64,000 nucleotides of DNA from Octopus sinensis. Its lineage: Eukaryota. The position numbers and the translations under genes were made by a program. The notes under the pieces are model-generated. The model worked only from the letters and a program-made list of their open reading frames with translations. It ran no database searches and had not been told where the DNA came from. Numbering within the stretch: the first letter of the stretch is position 1; each line of letters begins with the position of its first letter. The DNA lies in assembly GCF_006345805.1 (NCBI RefSeq), contig NC_043001.1, positions 25,482,001 to 25,546,000 on the forward strand, given 5' to 3'. Of the stretch, positions 25,726-36,380 are shown piece after piece.

Positions 25726-25937
25726 CTGTGAAAAGAGAGAAAAAAGATATAAATATAAATCGTAGGAAAATACACACACACACAGAAGAAAAGCATGAAG
25801 AGATAAAATGGAACAAAAAAACTAACCTGTTTCTTTTGAAACAGAGTATTATCTAAAAGGAAAATTATCACAAGAGAAAATGAAATATACTTTCAAAAGA
25901 ATATTTTGTGGCCTAAGACAGCTGTTTTTATTTATAA

Positions 25938-26296
25938 GCACAGGAGTGATTGTGTGGTAAGATGCTGGTTTCCCAACCACATGATTCTGAGTTCAGTCCC
26001 ACTGTGTGGCACCTTGGGCAAGTGTCTTCTACTATAGCCTTGGTGTGACCAAAGCCTTGTGAGTGGATTTGACAGATGGAAACTGAAAGGAGCCGCTCTC
26101 TCTGTGTGTGTGTGTGTGTGTATGTATGTATATCTGTGTGTTTACATCCCTGTAACTTAGCGGTTCAGCAAAAGAGACTAATAGAATAAGCACCAGGCTT
26201 CAAAAATAAGTACTGGGGTCAATTCATTTGACTAAAAATTCAAGTAGTGCTCCAGCATGGCCACATTCTAATGACTGAAACAGGTAAAAGATAAAA
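25938..26296 (+). mobile_element. SINE family A
   Basis: Its 3' half is part of the 1-kb duplication. Confidence 0.8.
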
Positions 26297-27836
26297 GGTA
26301 TCTGTTCTGCAGAACTGAAAAAATATGCAGAAAAAATTTCGTAAACCTAACTTGACTCCTGTCAATAATAGTCTAACACTGCTGAAGTCCTCAAAATTTT
26401 ATCTACAGCTAAATTTTTTTCAGTTTCAGGATTATCTGAATTATTCATCATCTTACTTGTCTGATTTCAATATGATTTAAACAAGATTTGCATTTGCAAT
26501 TTAATTAAGAGACTTAGTAGCAATTTAATTAAGATATTTTGTGACAATTTTGAGGCAATAAAAATTCTTAATAGACAATGTTTTGAACAGCAGACATTCA
26601 TATAGTCACAACAATATTTATACCATTTTCAATCTAATTTCTGTACTACAGGAGGAACAGAGATACAGTTGTAAAACAGTTTCTCCAAAACATTTTCATC
26701 CATGAAATTTGATAAAAAGGAATGTTCTTTTCCCATCTTGCAAGTTACTTGATCTCACTAGTGACAGTAACACGAAAAATGCACTGAATATAAACTGTAA
26801 AGTGGTTGGCATTAGGAAGGGCATCCAGTCATAGGAACCATGCCAAAGCTGACATTGCAGTTTGATGCAGACCTACAGCTTGCCAGATACTGTCAAACCA
26901 TGAAACTCATGCCAGCATGAAAAACAGGTGCTAAATGATGACAACACACACATAATTTGGATCTTTTCCTTTTGATGGATGGAATTTCTAGTTAACTAAA
27001 CAATTTGAAACTTCGTATACTGGTAGAATGTGTCAAAAGAAAACATTATTTTCATTTGGCTTTTTTGAGAAAATTGTAATTTGTAAGTTTAACGTTTAAT
27101 TCTTCGAATTTTAACCAATGAATTGCCAGCATTTGAGCTCAAATCATTTGCTGCGTTATCGATATTGATAAACAAACAAGGAGACGCACGCCGCATACAC
27201 ACACACACACATATTCAGATACATACACATATACACTTGCACACACACTCTCTCTCTCAAACACATGCATATACATTTGCACAAGCACATAGTAATTAAT
27301 ATATAAGCGTACACACACATACAAACGGAGATATACATACACACACAAGCATACATACACGTTCGTGAGTTCGCACTGGTGTCGATAGAATCGACTTAAT
27401 ACTTTTGTCTGGGGGATCAATGTTTCATTGTTTCGGGGTCGATAAATTAAGTACCAATTACGCACTGGTGTCGAGGATTTTTTCCCTAATTTATATCACA
27501 GCCTCCGACAAGCTGGGGCATCCTTTTATGAAAAAATATTTCGCAAATTTTTACAATACAACCCACACTCCACGCACACCCTCATATCCCACTCTAGACC
27601 GATTTAGGCATATTATTGTTTTGTGTTTGTTGTTTTTGGCCCTTCAAAACCATGGGAGAAGCCTTTTCGGTAAAAAAAAAAGAAAGAAAATATTCAAAAA
27701 ATATCGTTAATATTTTTATTGGGCGCCGAAATTCATCGATTTAAGAGATATGGCTGTTATTTCTAGCACATGCCTCCTCCTTTGTTTATCAATATCAATG
27801 AGCGAGACAGACAGAAGAGAGAAGGATGAATAACAC

Positions 27837-28852
27837 GTGTGTGTGTGTGTGTGTATGTATGTATATCTGTGTGTTTACATCCCTGTAACTTAGCGGTTCA
27901 GCAAAAGAGACTAATAGAATAAGTACCAGGCTTCAAAAATAAGTACTGGGGTCAATTCATTTGACTAAAAATTCAAGTAGTGCTCCAGCATGGCCACATT
28001 CTAATGACTGAAACAGGTAAAAGATAAAAGGTATCTGTTCTGCAGAACTGAAAAAATATGCAGAAAAAATTTCGTAAACCTAACTTGACTCCTGTCAATA
28101 ATTGTCTAACACTGCTGAAGTCCTCAAAATTTTATCTACAGCTAAATTTTTTTCAGTTTCAGGATTATCTGAATTATTCATCATCTTACTTGTCTGATTT
28201 CAATATGATTTAAACAGATTTGCATTTGCAATTTAATTAAGAGACTTAGTAGCAATTTAATTAAGATATTTTGTGACAATTTTGAGGCAATAAAAATTCT
28301 TAATAGACAATGTTTTGAACAGCAGACATTCATATAGTCACAACAATATTTATACCATTTTCAATCTAATTTCTGTACTACAGGAGGAACAAAGATACAG
28401 TTGTAAAACAGTTTCTCCAAAACATTTTCATCCATGAAATTTGATAAAAAGGAATGTTCTTTTCCCATCTTGCAAGTTACTTGATCTCACTAATGACAGT
28501 AACACGAGAAATGCACTGAATATAAACTGTAAAGGGCATCCAGTTCATAGGAACCATGCCAAAGCTGACATTGCAGTTTGATGCAGTCCTGCAGCTTGCC
28601 AGATGCTGTCAAACCATGAAACTCATGCCAGCATGAAAAACAGGTGCTAAATGATGACAACACACACATAATTTGGATCTTTTCCTTTTGATGGACGAAA
28701 TTTCTAGTTAACTAAACAATTTGAAACTTCGTATACTGGTAGAATGTGTCAAAAGAAAACATTATTTTCATTTGGCTTTTTTGAGAAAATTGTAATTTGT
28801 AAGTTTAACATAGTTTAATTCTTCGAATTTTAACCAATGAATTGCCAGCATT
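27837..28852 (+). repeat. Direct duplicate of 26103..27133 (~1 kb, intronic)
   Basis: Co-linear with about a dozen small differences, including a 17-bp deletion. Confidence 0.92.
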
Positions 28853-29001
28853 CATTGGTTAAAATTCGAAGAATTAAACTATGTTAAACTTACAAATTAC
28901 AATTTTCTCAAAAAAGCCAAATGAAAATAATGTCTACCAGTATACGAAGTTTCAAATTGTTTAGTTAACTAGAAATTCCGTCCATCAAAAGGAAAAGATC
29001 C
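28675..29001. mobile_element. Fold-back (palindromic) MITE-like element
   Basis: Arms 28675..28842 and 28850..29001 are reverse complements with one ~16-nt deletion; 7-nt loop. Confidence 0.8.
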
Positions 29002-29167
29002 TGTAATTTTTATATCTGTTTTCCCTGCTTGTATGGCATGGATTTACATACACAACCAAAAACAAGTAGAATTTTTAAACACTATTGTAACGAAAACAAA
29101 TCAATGCTTTCTTTTTTTGTCTTTAAAAATGCAAGTAGAAAAATCTATATCAGAGGCTAATACAAAC

Positions 29168-29294
29168 CAGAACTATATCCTGTTTCTCAATTTCAATATA
29201 CATCAATATTATTTCATTTGCAAGTTCTTTTGTTTTGGTTTTATTCACATTGAAACATTTTGCTACAATTCCTCCAATAACTTCAGCACAAACT
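29168..29294 (-). CDS. CKAP5: CKAP5 coding exon 3, TOG1 (VCAEVIGGIVAKCFN...MYIEIEKQDIVL), 127 nt
   Basis: Conserved LMYIEIEK motif; ttttcag| and |gtttgt; phase 2 to 0. Confidence 0.95.
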
Positions 29295-29907
29295 CTGAAA
29301 ATATAAAGAAATATATTAAATAGCATGGATTATCCATATCATTAAGTAGAAACACGGAAAAAAAAAGGCTAATATAAAAACTATAGCCAACTATCAAACA
29401 CTATACAAAGACGATTTACTGATTATTTGGAAATTTGTTACAAATTGATTTTAAAAAAAAAAAAATCAAAATAGTTCTATTTTTGTAATTCAAAAAATTA
29501 ATCAATTAAAACATCAGAATTTAAATCATATTTGAACATATGAAAAGTAATATGCAACAACGTTACATTATTTGTTGTATTTAGCTAGTAATAATCTTAT
29601 GTTCAAACAACAACAAGGGTAGTAAAGTACATCCAGAGTCATTCCTGTAAAACACACACACTCTATTTTCAGGCACAACATAGTAGATAGTGTAAACATT
29701 TAAACATCGTTCCTATCTTTCCAAATACTGCTGCATTTCACATGGAATATTTGGTCCCCTAAAGTCTCAGTGTATAAGTCAACCTAACATTTTTGCCTGC
29801 AAATTTGAGTCTAAAAATTTCTCAATTTGTATGCCAGAAAATACAGTATACACTATTATATTCATTGCACGTTTATGACTTAACCACTGATACAGTTTTA
29901 TGCATCA

Positions 29908-30330
29908 CATCATCATCATCATCATCATCATTTAGCGTCCGTTTTCCATGCTAGCATGGGTTGGACGGTTCTACTGGGGTCTGTGAAGCCAGAAGGCTTC
30001 ATCAGGCCCAGTCAAATCTGGCAGTGTTTCTACGGCTGGATGCCCTTCCTAACGCCAACCACTCCGTGAGTGTAGTGGGTGCTTTTTACGTGCCACCCGC
30101 ACTGGTGCCAGACAGAGCTGGCAAACGGCCACGAACGGATGGTGCTTTTTATGTGCCACCGGCACGAGGGCCAGGCGAGGCTGGCAACGGACACGAAACG
30201 GGGCGGTGCTGGCAACGGTCGCGAAACGGAAAGTTCTCTTACATGCCACCGGCACTGGTAACACATCTGCAATTTCCATTGATCGATTTCGATTCTGATC
30301 CTCACTTGCCTCAATGGGTCTTCACAAGCA
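29908..30330 (-). mobile_element. RTE 3' end (family B), young copy
   Basis: Reverse complement closely matches 25440..25626. Confidence 0.8.
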
Positions 30331-30827
30331 GATCACATATGTAAGTTTAAAAAAGTGAATACAACAGTATGTTTTATTTAGTCAATGTCACTCAGACACA
30401 ATGCAACTAAGTGACATGAAACTTCCAGGTATTACACTAGCAGTTCTCTTAATTCTTAACAATATATGATGATATGTATGAAATATTACCCAAAAGAAAT
30501 GCAAAGGAAATTATGTTTTTTTTTTAGAAACATTTTCAATGATATATTTCAAGGTATATAAAGCTAACTATATTCTGTTGTGTCTGGGGAGAGTCATTCT
30601 CTTTTAGTGCCTTATTATTTAACACACTCACCGGTAAAATTTCCACTTATTTCTTATTTTTATTTTCTAAAATTTTTGTTGCGTCTTGCAACCTTTAAAA
30701 TAGTTTTGACAACAGAATATGCTTCAACACACAAACGCATATAAAGAATCTTGCAAACCAAATCCAAAATCAAAAAAGCTAACTATAGTTATATTACTAT
30801 CCAAAACGGTTACTATTTTAAAATTTA

Positions 30828-31106
<279 letters not shown>

Positions 31107-31214
31107 TTAGCAGTATTTTATATTTAACAAAAATTAACAAACTGATGAAACATTTTTAATAAGAACTGACACATCGCACATGACAGCTGATATTCTGAAC
31201 ATTTACAGCCATAA

Positions 31215-31567
31215 TCTCTATATAAACGGCAAAATGTCTGTGTGTGTGTCTTTTATACAAATCCACAATTTTTCAATTAGAGGGCTCGCACTTTCTATGG
31301 TCATTCAAAACAGTCCAAGGGTGGTCGTGCACATTTCCCCAGTCACCTCGCAAAGCCATTAAAAAAATCAAGAGAAGTGACTTTTTTGTGAATTTTCTAT
31401 CCAAAACCCAATCACAATGCACGAAACTTGATACGCCAATTGAATGCTAGCTAGCTGTATGTGATTGGTCGGAGATTTGGACAGTACTCGTGTGAATGTG
31501 CACACACACGCAGCTGCATATGCATGCACTAGCACTATGACCCGGCAACGCCGGGTCATAATGCTAG
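31215..31567 (+). mobile_element. Complete non-autonomous Helitron
   Basis: A|TC start, 3' hairpin TATGACCCGG-CAACG-CCGGGTCATA (31536..31560), CTAG|T end. Confidence 0.88.
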
Positions 31568-31970
31568 TATAGTATATAAGTGGTGGTGATATTATTATTA
31601 TTATTATTATTTAGTTTCACTTGAAAACAAAAGTGAGGGTAAAGAGAGAGGTGTTGTCCTCAAGTTTTGAACCTTAAGCATTATAGAATGTCTTTCAATT
31701 ACTTGAAAATTGACAAAAATGTTTGAAAATGACCAAAAGGCATGAAATTTTGATTATTAAATACGTTCTAAAAAAAATTCAGGATATCTCCCACTGATAT
31801 GGTTTTGAAAAATGTTTGTGAAGGTATAACTGTTGAAAAATCAAACCACTGCCTAAACAAGCCCATTTTTAAGTGAAACATCTTGGACAGCAGAGTTCTA
31901 TAGTTAAGAGATAAGAAATTATGTACATTATTTACATTTGACAGATATTTGTCCTCATCTTGTTTGTTGT

Positions 31971-32019
31971 AAACACAACGTTTCGGCTGATATACATTCC
32001 AGCCTTCATCAGGTGTCTT
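31971..32019 (-). ncRNA. Minimal type I hammerhead ribozyme motif (PLE)
   Basis: AAGACAC-CUGAUGA-A-GGCUG[GAAUGUAUAU]CAGCC-GAAAC-GUU/GUGUUU: intact core, 5-bp helix II, 6-bp helix I. Confidence 0.8.
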
Positions 32020-32240
32020 GGGGATATTTCGAACCTGGGTTCTCATTCCTAAGGTATTTTTTCATTGTTGTTATTGTTATTATTATTATTACGGTCACTG
32101 CCTAGAATCAAACTCAGAATCTTGGGGTTAGTAGCTCGCACTCTTAACCACCATGCCATATGCCCGTGGATAATTATGGAGTGAATTTTAGGGCTTATAA
32201 ATCTATTTTCCAATCCTTCCTTAATACCAGTTCCCATATA

Positions 32241-32777
32241 CTATTCATATCTGCACTCGGTCAGCTTAGGAGGTTGTTGTGTCCAAGCATATTGTGCTGC
32301 TTCTTTTAGTCTTCGTATTTTCCAGTGGTGTTCTCTGTCTATTATTTTAACTTCATCCCACAGGGGGAGATGGTCTCCATTTTCCCATACATGATCAGCT
32401 ATACCCGATTTATCAATATCTCCTCGTGTCACAGCTTTGTGATGTTCCTCTACCCTTATTTTGAGGGGGCAGCATGTTTCACCTTTGTATAACCTACCAC
32501 AACTGCACGGGATGGAGTACACACAGTTTTTGGTCATATTCTCTTCTATTGGTGATTTTACCCGAAGGATATATTTGCAAAGTGTTATATTACTCATGAA
32601 TACTGTCCAGATGTTATATGGGCCACATATCTTTTGTATCTTTTCGGAGAGGCCTTTAACATAGAGTAGACAGACAGTAGATAGTTTATTGGTTTCATCC
32701 TCTCTTTCCTTCATAATTGGAGTAGATAGTGTGTTTTTGGGGTAGTTGTTGCTTAATAGATTGTTAATGAGGAACAT
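32241..32777 (-). pseudogene. PLE GIY-YIG endonuclease remnant
   Basis: VYSIPCSCGRLYKGET...IRVEEH...SGIADHVW...IIDREHHWKIRRLKEA is the PLE endonuclease pattern; C-terminus frameshifted. Confidence 0.88.
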
Positions 32778-33168
32778 CGCAAAGATGTGTCACAAGGATA
32801 TATTGATAAATCAGGTATAGCTGATCATGTATGGAAAAATGGAGACCATCCTGTGGGATGAAGTTAAATAGACAGAGAACACCACTGGAAAATACGGAGA
32901 CTAAAAGAAGCAGTACATATGCTAGGACACAACAATCTCCTAAGCAGACCGAGTGCAGATATGAATAGCATATGGGAACCAGTATTAAGGAAGGATAGGA
33001 AAAGAGATTTATAAGCCCTAAAATTCACTCCATAATTGCCCAGAGGCATATGGCACAGTGGTTAAGAGCATGGGCTACTAACCCCAAGATTCCATGCAGT
33101 GACCTGAATAATAATAATAATATTGAAAAAATACCTTAGGAATGAGAAACCAGGTTCGAAATTTCCCC

Positions 33169-33217
33169 AAGACACCTGATGAAGGCAGGAGGGTATATCA
33201 GCCGAAATGTTGTGCTA
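33169..33217 (+). ncRNA. Mutated hammerhead copy in the inverted PLE arm
   Basis: CTGATGA-A-GGCAG...CAGCC-GAAATGTT: helix II mismatch and C15.2 changed to U. Confidence 0.6.
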
Positions 33218-33549
33218 ACAACAAACAAGATGAGGACAAATATCTGTCAAATGTAAATAATGTATCTTGGACAGCTTTCAACTTTTTCCATCCAAGGGTT
33301 TTTTTTTAATCTAATATACTACACACTATTACTTACAGCTTTATCTACTTCAAGTTTCACCATTAAAAATGATTTAATCCATATCTCTTTAAGTTTCTGA
33401 ACCCTTAAGATGTAAACAATATACAATTCTCAATTGTAAGATCAAAGTTTCTAAACTGGATGGAAAACAGAGTTCCATTAAAAACAGTATATTTCATATA
33501 TCTCAAAGTTTCTAACTTTTTATTTATGTAAACAATATATATTAATACT

Positions 33550-33781
33550 TATTTCTTTACTACCCACTAGGGGCTAAACACAGAGAGGACAAACAAGGAC
33601 AGACAAACGGATTAAGTCAATTATATCGACCCAGTGCATAACTGGTACTTATTTAATCGACCCCAAAAGGATGAAAGGCAAAGTGGACCTCGGTGGAATT
33701 TGAACTCAGAACGTAGCGGCAGACGAAATACCACTAAGCATTTCACCCGGTGTGCTAACGATTCTGCCAGCTCACTGCCTT
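33550..33781 (-). mobile_element. SINE family C (GGCAGAATCGTTAG...GCCTTTCATCCTTT...AAAGAAATA)
   Basis: 16-bp TSD AATATATATTAATACT at 33534..33549 and 33782..33797. Confidence 0.85.
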
Positions 33782-34132
33782 AATATATATTAATACTGGT
33801 TTCAAATTCTGACACAAGGCCAGCATTTTGGGGGAGGGGGTTAAGTCAATAACATTGATCCCTGTGCTCAACTGGTACTTATTTTATCAACCCCAAAAGG
33901 ATGAAAGGCAAAAGTCGACCTCAGCAGCATTTGAACTAAGAACATAAAGTCAGAAGAAATGCTGCTAAGCATTTTGTTTGACACGCTAACTATTCTGCCA
34001 ACTCACCACCTTGAATATATATATTAATATTAAAATCATTTTGTTAGACTAACTAATCATCATCCTCAATATCATCATTTAACATCTATGTTTCATGCCA
34101 GCATGGGTTGGACAGTCTGACAGGATCTGATG

Positions 34133-34359
34133 GGCGAGCTAGCAGAAACATTAGCACGCCGGGCGAAATGCTTAGCGGTATTTCGTCTGCCGTTACGTTG
34201 TGAGTTCAAATTCCGCCGAGGTCGAATTTGCCTTTCATCCTTTCGGGGTCGATAAATTAAGTACCAGTTATGCACTGGGGTCGATGTAATCAATTTAATA
34301 CCTATGTCTGTCCTTGTTTGTCCCCTCTGTGTTTAGCCTCTTGTGGGTAATAAAGAAAT
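34133..34359 (+). mobile_element. SINE family C nested in an RTE 3' end
   Basis: 11-bp TSD AGGATCTGATG at 34122..34132 and 34360..34370. Confidence 0.85.
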
Positions 34360-34927
34360 AGGATCTGATGAGTCCAAGAACTGCATCATGTTCCAATGTC
34401 TGTCTTGACATGGTTTCTACAGTTGCTAACCACTTTACAGGGTGCACTGGATGCTTTTTTTTTGTGAGTTGCAATGCAGCTTAAAGACTAAGTTCACCTT
34501 TTAACTGGGTGGAGCTACAGTAGAGAAGAATGTGGTTTACACATGGAAATGGGTAGGGGTGTTATAGTATGATAGAAGGGACCAGAGTAGAACAGGTTTC
34601 TTGCTGTAGAGAAGCTACATGGCTATTCACATTACAGAAAAGAGGGTGGGAGTGGCCAGGGTGGAGCTGGGAAGAAATAATTGCACTGATGATGGGTCAG
34701 GATGGACACTCAAGACAGGAGCTAACTAAGAATAGGGACAGAAGAACAAGGAGTGTGGGTGGGTAGAGATTGTAAAAGTGTATGTGAGAATGAGAGATGA
34801 GAAATAGGTGAAGAGATGAATATAATGAAGACCAAGTGTTGAAGGTAGGAAAGAGTAGATGACAACTGCAAAAATTGGGTAGGGTTGAAGTATAGATGTA
34901 GTGAACAAAGGTAGATAGGTGGGTAGT

Positions 34928-35241
34928 TACTTTTACTTGTTTCAGTCATTTGACTGAGGCCATGCTGGAGCACCGCCTTTAGTCGAGTAAATCGTCCCCA
35001 GGTCTTATTCTTTGTAAGCCCAGTACTTATTCTATCAGTCCCTTTAGATATATATATATAGACACATACATATATACGATGGGCTTCTTTCAGTTTCCGT
35101 CTACCAAATCTACTCACAAGGCTTTGGTCGGCCCGAGGCTATAGTAGAAGACACTTGCCCAAGGTGCCATGCAGTGGGACTGAACCCGGAACCATGTGGT
35201 TCGTAAGTAAGCTTCTTACCACAGAGCCACTCCTACACCTA
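34928..35241 (-). mobile_element. SINE family A
   Basis: Reverse complement of family A. Confidence 0.82.
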
Positions 35242-35908
35242 TATTAATATATTTTTTTATCTGGTGATTATGCTAAATGAGGTGAAAAAATGAAATCTCA
35301 CAAGAAAAACTAAGCTGAAAAGGCAAAAATGTGGTATATTTAGATTCAGCATACACTAACACAGTATACTAATAATACTCATCAAAAGACTTGTCCAGTG
35401 ATATTTGAACTGACAGTGTCTTCATTATTAATCAATCTTATGTAAATGTTGGCAACATGCTTCCTAATCTCCATTCCTATCAAACCATGGTTTCTCTAAT
35501 AATTTCATCAAACCAGCACTCTCAACTTTTTTTTACAAATTCATCTACTATTTTGTCTGGCTGTTAGATAGATTTTGACTCCAGTCTGACATCAACTTAA
35601 AAAACAGATAACTAGAAATGCCTGGTAGTCCAGACAACCCATACACTACACTGTTGATTACAAATCCAAACATCTTTCTACAAAACACATCAAAAATTCC
35701 TGAAAATGACTTCTTATCTTCAACATAGCAAAACATACACTTCACAAAACCTAGATTCTATAGAGTTCAACATTTCTTTTCTCCAAAGAAAATGCTGAAG
35801 ATCTGTAAGGAACCAGACAGTGGAACTTGGTGCAGTCCTCTAGCTTGCCAGCTCCTTTCAAACTGTCCAATCCGTACCAACATGGAAGACAGATGTTAAA
35901 TGATGATG

Positions 35909-35943
<35 letters not shown>

Positions 35944-35946
<3 letters not shown>

Positions 35947-36177
35947 GGCGACGAGCTGGCAGAAACATAAGCACGCCAGGCGAAATGCATAGCCGTATTT
36001 CGTCTGCCATTAGGTTCTGGGTTCAAATTCCGCCGAAGTTGACTTTGCCTTTCATCCTTCCACGGTCGATAAATTAAGTACCAGTTACGCACTGGGGTCG
36101 ATATAATCGACTTAATCTGTTTGTCTGTCCTTGTTTGTCCCCTCTGTGTTTAGCCCCTTGTGGGTAGTAAAGAAATA
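35944..36177 (+). mobile_element. SINE family C within (TA)n
   Basis: Full monomer; older copies at ~1549, 33830, 56825, 57040 and 58425. Confidence 0.82.
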
Positions 36178-36180
36178 TAT

Positions 36181-36220
<40 letters not shown>

Positions 36221-36223
<3 letters not shown>

Positions 36224-36380
36224 GAAAGTTTACAAAAATAAACAAAAGACGAAGGCAGGTGGAGTACAAACAAACAAATGTATTAGTATAGTGCTCAGGA
36301 ATAGAAAAAAGTCTTTTACGTTTCGAGCCTAAGCTCTTCGACAGAAAGATACACAGAAAAAAACAAGGAGAGAAAAAAGG
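36221..36380 (-). mobile_element. 160-bp element embedded in (TA)n carrying a hammerhead-like motif
   Basis: (TA)n on both sides; motif at 36312..36349; decayed homolog at ~62000..62190 (+). Confidence 0.7.
36312..36349 (-). ncRNA. Hammerhead-like motif with variant core CUGUCGA
   Basis: UCUUU-CUGUCGA-A-GAGC[UUAG]GCUC-GAAAC-GUA/AAAGA. Confidence 0.6.

Larger units (their letters stand above)
31892..33263. mobile_element. Penelope-like element with inverted arms (minus arm 31892..32777, plus arm 32769..33263)
   Basis: GIY-YIG ORF, duplicated 3' ends in opposite orientation, 12-bp direct repeat ATCTTGGACAGC at 31880..31891 and 33264..33275. Confidence 0.88.

Noticed and set aside
29033-29323. 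96-aa plus-strand ORF
   Set aside because: Antisense shadow of CKAP5 exon 3.
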